From Candidatus Methylomirabilia bacterium (GTDB lineage Bacteria > Methylomirabilota > Methylomirabilia > Rokubacteriales > CSP1-6): a DNA stretch of 12,393 nt. Below, in pieces: positions 5,987 to 12,393 of this stretch. A model generated the notes under the pieces. That model was not told where the DNA came from, ran no database searches, and saw only the letters and a list, made by a program, of their open reading frames with translations. The stretch is taken from NCBI GenBank assembly GCA_041492755.1, contig JBGPXN010000136.1, forward strand, positions 1 to 12,393. The letters are read 5' to 3'. The position numbers were made by a program, and so were the translations under genes. How positions within the stretch are numbered: position 1 is the stretch's first letter; each line of letters begins with the position of its first letter.

Positions 5987-7483
5987 TCAGCGCGTCCCGC
6001 GCGGCTTCGAGGACGACGGTTTCCGCGTCCTCGGCGGTTCCGCCGCGGCAGGCTTCGAACGCCCGCGTCCGCCGCGGCTGACTCGTTTCTTGCGCGGCGC
6101 CGCCGGCTGGGCTTCGTCCTCGGACGGGGTGTCGACGACGGGCGGCGCGACGGCGATCTCCGGGACGACGTCGCCGTCGACGTTCTCCGCAGTCTCCGGG
6201 GCGTCCGCCTCGGCTGCCCACGACGGCGCCGGCGCCTCCTCGGCGGGCGCGGCCGGCGTCACCGCCACGTTGCCGCGGTTGTCGTCGTCCCCGCGTTCAT
6301 AGTCGTCGCCGCCGGCCGCGGGTTGCATGACGTTGCCGGCGAACACGCGCATGATGCCCTGGTGATCGCGCCGGATGAAGAACAGCTGCTCTCGCTCGCA
6401 CGCGCGGAGCAGATCCACGAGGCCCGCGAAGCCGAACTTCCGCTCGTCGAACGAGGCGTCGACGTTGCGCAGGAACTGCTTGGTCTGCCGGATGTACATG
6501 GGCCAGCGCGGCGGGTTCTGCGCGGTCTGAAACAGGCGGCGCACTTCGCGGACGGCCTCGGCCGACCGCGGCTCCGGCATCGCCGGCCCGGACGGTTCCG
6601 GGGAAACCTCGGCGGGCTCGCGCGGCGGGTGAGGTCGCGGCGCATGCGGTGGCGGCGCGGGCGGTGGCAGCGCGGGCGGTGGCGGCGCGGGCCGCGAAAC
6701 TTCGTCACTCGGGGCGGCCGTCCCGTCGCCGTCCGGCAGCTCGACGAGCACGGTGCGCCCCGACTCGCGCAGCGCCACGTACCCGGCCGACGCGAGCTTC
6801 TGGGCAAAGTCGCGGAAGCTCCCCGCGCCGTACGTCCGCTCGGAGAACGTGGAGTCGAGCTGCAGGAGCGTGCTCTTGAGCAGGCCGAGCTGTGGTGAGA
6901 CTTCGCGATCGCTCAGCACCTTCAGGGCACGGCGCACCAGTCCCACCACCTGCTCGATCGGCGCCTGAGCCACCGGGCTGCTCGGCCGCCCGCGATCGGC
7001 CGACGCGCGGCGCGGGCTCACGAGGTTCTCGTAGGCGATGAACTCGTGGCAATTGCGCTGCATCACCATGCTGGTGAAGGCCCGGCCGCCCACCACGAAG
7101 ACCTGCTTGTCGTACTGCTTGAGCTTTTCGACGAGCGTGATGAAGTCGCTGTCGCCGCCGACAATCACGTAGGCGTTGATGTGGCCGTGGGTGAACGCCA
7201 TCTCGAGGGCGTCGAGCGCCAGATTGATGTCGGCGCCGTTCTTGTCCCCGCCCGGCGTGAGATTGCGCTGGACCAGCTTCGTCGCGTGCTGCGTGAGCGA
7301 GCGGCTGTAATCGCCCGCCCGCGTCCAGTCGCCGTACGCGATCTTGGACACGACCTCCCCGCGCTCCTTGAGCGCCTCGAGGACGACGCCGATGTCGAAC
7401 TGCGCGCTGAGCGTGCTCTTGACCCCGATTTCGATGTTGTCGAAGTCGATGAAAACCGCGATCTTCAGTCGTGTGTCTGCCAA
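5987..7483 (-). CDS. NYN-domain (LabA/DUF88, PIN-like) ribonuclease with two OST-HTH/LOTUS domains
   Basis: 498 aa, TTG start with a purine-rich GAAGGGA upstream. NYN motifs IAVFIDFDN, AYGDW, KNGADINLALDA, GGDSDF, CHEFIAYENL. Two LOTUS-like motifs: LDSTFSERTYGAGSFRDF and VDASFDERKFGFAGLVDLL. Pro-rich linker, then acidic and basic low-complexity tail. Confidence 0.9.
   Translation of the reverse strand: MADTRLKIAVFIDFDNIEIGVKSTLSAQFDIGVVLEALKERGEVVSKIAYGDWTRAGDYSRSLTQHATKLVQRNLTPGGDKNGADINLALDALEMAFTHGHINAYVIVGGDSDFITLVEKLKQYDKQVFVVGGRAFTSMVMQRNCHEFIAYENLVSPRRASADRGRPSSPVAQAPIEQVVGLVRRALKVLSDREVSPQLGLLKSTLLQLDSTFSERTYGAGSFRDFAQKLASAGYVALRESGRTVLVELPDGDGTAAPSDEVSRPAPPPPALPPPAPPPHAPRPHPPREPAEVSPEPSGPAMPEPRSAEAVREVRRLFQTAQNPPRWPMYIRQTKQFLRNVDASFDERKFGFAGLVDLLRACEREQLFFIRRDHQGIMRVFAGNVMQPAAGGDDYERGDDDNRGNVAVTPAAPAEEAPAPSWAAEADAPETAENVDGDVVPEIAVAPPVVDTPSEDEAQPAAPRKKRVSRGGRGRSKPAAAEPPRTRKPSSSKPRGTR
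6646..6690. repeat. 15-bp tandem repeat x3 encoding the Pro-rich linker of the NYN protein
   Basis: GCGGTGGCGGCGCGG / GCGGTGGCAGCGCGG / GCGGTGGCGGCGCGG, encoding PAPPP-PALPP-PAPPP on the minus strand. Confidence 0.9.
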
Positions 7484-7547
7484 ACTTCTGCTTTCCCTTC
7501 AGTGCGGCCGCGTCGCTGGCGGCTCGACGGTAGTGGGGGACCGCTTC

Positions 7548-7604
7548 ATTATGGACCGAATGGACCGATCTGCGCCGGACTGATGGCCCGTCGTCGGCTA
7601 TGAT
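7548..7604. promoter_or_regulatory. Divergent promoter region between the NYN gene and the RND operon
   Basis: Minus-strand CATAAT (7553-7548) faces the NYN gene. Plus-strand TATGAT (7599-7604) lies 7 nt before ATG 7612. Perfect tandem ATGGACCGA x2 at 7551-7568. Confidence 0.5.
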
Positions 7605-7611
7605 GAGCCGG

Positions 7612-8829
7612 ATGGTCGCTCGACCCCTGATCGTCACCCTGGCCGCCCTGGCCGCCCTGGGCCTGTTCGGCTGCCAGGGCGAACCCCCCGCCAGCGCCGC
7701 GCAGGACAAGTCCAAAGGCCAGGGCCAGGCCCTTTCCGCCCGCGAGGTCCGCCTGGTGCCCGCCCTCGAGCGCGGGTTGCCCCGGACTATCACGGCCACG
7801 GGGACCCTGGCCGCCGAGGACCAGATCACGCTCAGCGCCAAGGTCGCCGGCCGGCTGGAGCGGATCGACGTCGACCTGGGCAGCCGCGTCCGCCGCGGCC
7901 AGGCGATCGCCCAGCTCGATCAGACCGACTTCAAGCTGCGCATCGAGCAGGCGGAGGCCGCCCTGCAGCAAGCGCGCGCCCGGCTGGGCCTGGCGCCGAG
8001 CGGCAAGGACGAGCGGGTGGACCCCGAGCAGACGGCCGTCGTGCGCCAGGCCCGCGCGGTGCTGGACGAGGCGCGCCTGACCCGCGACCGCAGCGTGCAG
8101 CTCGTGAAACAAGACTTGATCGCGCGGGCGCAGCTGGACACCGCCGAGGCGAATCTCCAAGTGGCCGAGGCACGCTACCAGGACGCGCTGGAGGAGGTCC
8201 GCAACCGGCAGGCCGTGCTCGCCCAGCGCCGCTCGGAGCTGGAGCTGGCCCGCCAACAGCTCGCCGATACCGTCGTCGTCGCGCCCGTGGACGGCGCCGT
8301 GAGCAACCGGCAGGCATCGCCGGGTGAGTACCTCGCGGCGGGGGGACCGGTGGCCACGCTCGTGCGCATCCACCCGCTGCGGCTGCGGATCTCGGTGCCC
8401 GAGCGCGAGGCCAGCGGTGTGCGGACGGGACAGGTCGTCCGTCTGACGATCGAGGGCGACCAGACCGTCTACAGCGGCCGCGTGGTCCGCCTGGCCCCCA
8501 TCGTCCAGGAGCTGAACCGTACGCTCACCGTCGAGGCCGAGGTCCCCAACGAGCGAGGTGTCCTGCGCGCGGGCGCGTTCGCCCGCGCGGAGATCGTGAC
8601 GGAGGCCGCGCAGCCGGTGGTGACGGTACCGACCAGCGCGCTGGTGGTGTTCGCCGGTGTCGAAAAGGTCCTGGTCGTGCGCGACGGCAAGACTGCGGAG
8701 ATCCGCGTGCAGACGGGGCGCCGCCTGGGCGAGGACATTGAGATCGTCGACGGCCTGAAACAAGGCCAATCGGTCGTCGACAAGCCTGGCAACCTCACGG
8801 GCGGCCAGTCCGTCACCGTGCGGCCGTAG
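7612..8829 (+). CDS. RND efflux periplasmic adaptor (membrane fusion protein), lipoprotein
   Basis: The track starts the ORF at 7600, but ATG 7612 gives a normal 20-aa lipoprotein signal (LGLFG|C). Lipoyl halves KVAGRLERIDVDLGSRVRRGQAIAQLD and VVAPVDGAV flank a long alpha-hairpin. VTVPTSAL and EIVDGLKQGQSVV are present at the C-terminus. Confidence 0.93.
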   Translation: MVARPLIVTLAALAALGLFGCQGEPPASAAQDKSKGQGQALSAREVRLVPALERGLPRTITATGTLAAEDQITLSAKVAGRLERIDVDLGSRVRRGQAIAQLDQTDFKLRIEQAEAALQQARARLGLAPSGKDERVDPEQTAVVRQARAVLDEARLTRDRSVQLVKQDLIARAQLDTAEANLQVAEARYQDALEEVRNRQAVLAQRRSELELARQQLADTVVVAPVDGAVSNRQASPGEYLAAGGPVATLVRIHPLRLRISVPEREASGVRTGQVVRLTIEGDQTVYSGRVVRLAPIVQELNRTLTVEAEVPNERGVLRAGAFARAEIVTEAAQPVVTVPTSALVVFAGVEKVLVVRDGKTAEIRVQTGRRLGEDIEIVDGLKQGQSVVDKPGNLTGGQSVTVRP

Positions 8830-8832
8830 CCC

Positions 8833-11800
8833 GTGCAAAAGCTCGCCGAAGTCTGCATCCGCCGGCCCGTCTTCGCCACGATGATCGTCATGGCCCTGGT
8901 GGTGGTCGGCGCCGCCTCCTGGTTCCGGCTCGGCGTGGACCGCTTCCCGTCGGTCGACCTGCCGACGGTGACGGTGCGCACAGAACTGCCCGGCGCCTCG
9001 ACCGAGGAGATGGAGACCACGGTCTCCCAGAAGCTCGAGGAGCAGATCAACACCATCCAGGGCGTCCAGGAGCTGCGCTCGATCTCCAGCCCCGGAAACT
9101 CGATCCTCATCGTCACCTTCGTGCTGAGCCGGCAAATCGACGTGGCCGCCCAGGACGTGCGCGACAAGGTCTCGATCGCGGCGCGCAACCTGCCACGCGA
9201 CATCCGGGCACCGATCATCTCCAAGACGGACAACGACCAGTCGCCGGTCATCACCATCGCCCTCTCGGGCGAGCGCTCGATGCGCGAGCTGACCGAGATC
9301 GCCGACAAGACCGTGAAAGTGGCGCTGGAGCGCTCGACCGGCGTCGGCGAGGTCCGCCTCGTCGGGGGGCTCTTGCGTTCGGTGAACATCTCGGTGGACG
9401 CCGACCGGATGGCGGCCTACCAAATCCCGATCACCGCCGTTCGCGACGCGCTCGCGCGCCAGAACGCCGACCTGCCCGGCGGCAACGTCACCTCCGGCCT
9501 CAACGAGGCCTCGCTGCGCACCATGGGGCAGCTCGCCGACCCCAAGGGGTTCAACGACCTCGTCGTTGCCACCCTCAACGGTGTCCCCGTGCGGGTGCGG
9601 GACATCGGCTACGCCGAGGACGGCACCAAGGAGCAGCGCTCGGCGGCCCGGCTCAACGGCGCGCCCACGGTCATCCTCGAGGTGCGCCGGCAGTCGGGCG
9701 AGAACACGGTCGCGGTCATCGAGGGCGTGAAGGAGAAGCTGGCCCGACTACGAGCCCAGGTGCCGCCGGACGTGAAGCTGGAAATCATCCGCGACCAGTC
9801 GCGCTACATCCACGCCGCGCTGCACGAGATCAACCTGCACCTGATCCTGGGCTCCATCCTGGCCTCGCTGGTCGTCCTGGCCTTCATGCGGTCGTGGCGT
9901 TCGACGTTCATCGCGGGCATCGCCATCCCGACCTCCGTCATCTCGGCCTTCGGCATGATGTGGGCGCTCAACTTCACGCTCAACAGCGTGACCATGCTCG
10001 CCCTCGTGCTCATGGTCGGCATCGTGATCGACGACGCCATCGTGGTGCTGGAGAACGTGTTCCGGTTCGTCGAGGAGAAGAAGATGCGGCCGTTCGAGGC
10101 CGCCCGGGAGGCGACGGCCGACATCGGGCTGGCCGTCATGGCCACCACGTTCTCGCTCGTCGTCATCTTCGTGCCGGTCTCGTTCATGTCCTCGATCTCC
10201 GGCCGCTTCCTCTACCAGTTCGGCCTCACCGCGGCGGTGGCCGTGCTCGTGTCCTTGCTGGTGTCGTTCACGCTGACGCCGATGATGTGCGCGCGGCTGC
10301 TGCGCACCGAAGACGCCGGCGGCGGCGGTGAAGGCCACGGCGCCGCCGCTTCGCGGGGTGGTTTCTACAAGTGGCTGGACCGCGGCTACGCGTGGTCGCT
10401 GCGCGGGGCGATGCGGCACCGGTGGGTGGTGGTCATCGTCAGCGTGCTCGTGCTGGCGTCGACGCTGCCGATCTACCGCCAGGTGAAGCAGGAGTACATC
10501 CCCACCGACGTGGACGAGTCCGAGTTCGAGGTGCTGGTGTTCGGTCCCGAGGGCATGAGCCTGGCCGCCATGGACGAAGCGATGCAGGCGCTGGCGAAGG
10601 AGGCCCAGGCGACCAAGGGCGTCGCCCTCACGCTGGCCTCGGCCGGTGGCAGCTTCCTGAACCGTGTCAACCAGGGCTACATGTACGTCCGCACGGCGCC
10701 GCACACCGAGCGCACGGTGAGCCTGCACCGGCTCTGGGACGGCGTCGTCCATCTCGATCCGCTGCGGGCGTTCCGCGACAACTACAGCCAGCGGGACGTC
10801 GTGCAGGAGCTGCGGCGCCGCTTCCGAAAGTTCCGCGACATCCGGACCCAGGTCCGCAACATCGCTGGCTTCAACATAGGCGGCGGCACCTTCGACATCG
10901 ACCTGGCGCTGCGGGGGCCGGAGCTCGAGAAGCTGGGCGAGTACGGAGCCATCCTCAAGGAGAAGGCGAAGGCGCTGCCCGGCATCCTGGACGCGGACAC
11001 CACGCTGCAGCTCGACAAGCCGGAGCTGCGGGTGGTCATCGATCGCGAGCGCGCGGCCGACCTGCGCGTGGACACCTCGCAGATCGCCACCGCGCTGCGC
11101 CTGATGGTGGGCGGCGACGACCAGGTGTCGCGCTTCCGCGACCCCACCGTCAATGACGACTACGACGTCCAGATCCGGCTCATGGGCGCCTACCGCGGCG
11201 ACGTGAAAACGATCTCCCGCCTCTACGTCTCGCGCGACTCCGCATCGAACAACGCCGCCACCGGGGCCGCCGCCCAGGTGGGCATGGCGCCGGCCGGCGG
11301 CCTGGTGCGTCTCGACAACGTCGTCAGGATCGAGCGGGCGGCGACCGCCTCCCGCATCGACCGTACCGACCGCCAGCGCGAGGTGCGCCTGCGCGCCCAG
11401 ATCGCGCCCGGCTTCGGCCAGGCCGACCGCATCGACGCGCTGAAGCAGGTCGTCACCCAGATGAACCTGCCCTTGGCCTACACGACGAGCGTCACCGGCA
11501 AGGCCAGGGAGATGGAGAAGACCTTCACGGAGTTCCTGTGGGTCTTCCTGCTGTCGTTCGCCTTCATGTACATGATCCTGGCCTCGCAGTTCGAGAGCCT
11601 GATCCACCCACTGACCATTCTGCTCTCGCTGCCCCTGTCGGTGCCGTTCGCGATGCTGTCGCTCTGGTACACCGGCAACACGCTCAACCTCTACTCCGCG
11701 CTGGGCATCCTCGTGCTGTTCGGCGTCGTCAAGAAGAACGCCATATTACAGATCGACCACATGAACAATCTGCGCGCGCATGGGATGGACCGGGCGGCCG

Positions 11801-12174
11801 CGATCATGCAGGGCAACCGGGATCGGCTGCGGCCGATCTTGATGACGACGCTCGCGCTGGTGGCGGGCATGCTGCCGCTCTGGGTCGGCACCGGCCCCGG
11901 CGCCGAGGAGCGCCGCGCGATCGCCGTGGTCGTGATCGGCGGCCAGACCCTCTGCCTGCTGCTCACCCTGCTGGTGACACCCGTCGCCTACTCGCTCTTC
12001 GAGGACGCCGCGGGCGCCCTGCGACTCTCCACGCCCTCCCTCGCGCCCTGGCGCCGCCACCCGCGCCACGAGGGACGTTTGGACTGGCGCCAAAGACTCC
12101 GCCACCCCTGGCGGCGACCGACGCCGGTCAGCGAAATTTCCGGCGGCCGGAACGGGGACAGCGAGCGGCCGTAG
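8833..12174 (+). CDS. RND efflux transporter permease, AcrB/AcrD/AcrF (HAE1-like) family
   Basis: 1113 aa, GTG start 3 nt after the adaptor stop. IRRPVFA N-terminus; proton-relay motifs GIVIDDAIVVLEN (TM4), GVVKKNAILQID (TM10) and RLRPILMTT (TM11). Confidence 0.95.
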   Translation: MQKLAEVCIRRPVFATMIVMALVVVGAASWFRLGVDRFPSVDLPTVTVRTELPGASTEEMETTVSQKLEEQINTIQGVQELRSISSPGNSILIVTFVLSRQIDVAAQDVRDKVSIAARNLPRDIRAPIISKTDNDQSPVITIALSGERSMRELTEIADKTVKVALERSTGVGEVRLVGGLLRSVNISVDADRMAAYQIPITAVRDALARQNADLPGGNVTSGLNEASLRTMGQLADPKGFNDLVVATLNGVPVRVRDIGYAEDGTKEQRSAARLNGAPTVILEVRRQSGENTVAVIEGVKEKLARLRAQVPPDVKLEIIRDQSRYIHAALHEINLHLILGSILASLVVLAFMRSWRSTFIAGIAIPTSVISAFGMMWALNFTLNSVTMLALVLMVGIVIDDAIVVLENVFRFVEEKKMRPFEAAREATADIGLAVMATTFSLVVIFVPVSFMSSISGRFLYQFGLTAAVAVLVSLLVSFTLTPMMCARLLRTEDAGGGGEGHGAAASRGGFYKWLDRGYAWSLRGAMRHRWVVVIVSVLVLASTLPIYRQVKQEYIPTDVDESEFEVLVFGPEGMSLAAMDEAMQALAKEAQATKGVALTLASAGGSFLNRVNQGYMYVRTAPHTERTVSLHRLWDGVVHLDPLRAFRDNYSQRDVVQELRRRFRKFRDIRTQVRNIAGFNIGGGTFDIDLALRGPELEKLGEYGAILKEKAKALPGILDADTTLQLDKPELRVVIDRERAADLRVDTSQIATALRLMVGGDDQVSRFRDPTVNDDYDVQIRLMGAYRGDVKTISRLYVSRDSASNNAATGAAAQVGMAPAGGLVRLDNVVRIERAATASRIDRTDRQREVRLRAQIAPGFGQADRIDALKQVVTQMNLPLAYTTSVTGKAREMEKTFTEFLWVFLLSFAFMYMILASQFESLIHPLTILLSLPLSVPFAMLSLWYTGNTLNLYSALGILVLFGVVKKNAILQIDHMNNLRAHGMDRAAAIMQGNRDRLRPILMTTLALVAGMLPLWVGTGPGAEERRAIAVVVIGGQTLCLLLTLLVTPVAYSLFEDAAGALRLSTPSLAPWRRHPRHEGRLDWRQRLRHPWRRPTPVSEISGGRNGDSERP

Positions 12175-12223
12175 ACCGCCGCCGGAGCGCCACCGCCGTC
12201 TCAGAGGGTGTGAGGGGATTCGA

Positions 12224-12252
12224 GGAGCGCCACGGCTCCGCCGCGGCGCTCC
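12224..12252. repeat. GC-rich stem-loop downstream of the RND gene (REP-like element or terminator-like hairpin)
   Basis: GGAGCGCCACGG-CTCCG-CCGCGGCGCTCC: 12-bp stem with one mismatch and no U-tract. GGAGCGCCAC also occurs at 12184-12193. Confidence 0.5.
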
Positions 12253-12393
12253 CGAGCGTTGGGGGGGCCGAGGAGTGGGCCGGGGTGGCGGGGCCCCCCC
12301 GGGGGGGGGGTGGGGGGGGCGGCGGGGGGCCCCCCCCGCAGGGAACCGCCACCAAAGGGGGGCCCCCAGTATAACAAAAAACACCTGGGGGAC

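Noticed and set aside
7600..7611. ORF-track start at 7600 for the adaptor (MMSRM...)
   Set aside because: These ATGs coincide with the TATGAT -10-like box; 7612 gives a better lipoprotein signal.
12261..12340. G-runs as a G-quadruplex or poly-Gly/poly-Pro coding sequence
   Set aside because: Window-end homopolymers are more simply explained by low-quality base calls.
1..12393. CRISPR array, tRNA/rRNA, transposase, integron integrase, or a defence system uniting TA + NYN + RND
   Set aside because: No repeat-spacer array, structural RNA or recombinase motif was seen. The TA, NYN and RND genes lie in separate transcription units with nothing linking them functionally.

Overview
High-GC bacterial window with two parts. 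Left (1-~1980): an accessory segment of lower GC. It holds the 3' end of a DUF3500-like gene, a secreted/membrane-anchored protein, a small P-loop kinase/AAA_33-like ATPase (the three coupled by ATGA overlaps) and an addiction-module antitoxin + RelE/ParE toxin pair. The ATPase and the TA pair each end in an integron attC-like sequence. The first is collapsed to 19 bp and the second has lost its right end, so this looks like the decaying distal end of an integron cassette array; no integrase is in the window. Right (2033-12174): a two-gene hydantoinase/oxoprolinase (A+B) operon, a convergent NYN (LabA/DUF88) nuclease with two OST-HTH/LOTUS domains and long low-complexity regions, and a divergent RND efflux pair (lipoprotein adaptor + AcrB-type transporter, no outer-membrane factor). 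Three operon-first genes have a -10 box 7-8 nt before the ATG, suggesting leaderless mRNAs. The last ~130 nt are homopolymer-rich and probably low quality. All family calls are from motif recognition; no searches were run. I see no clear evidence of a wholly new multi-gene system. The strongest unexplained signal is the degenerate attC/cassette architecture.
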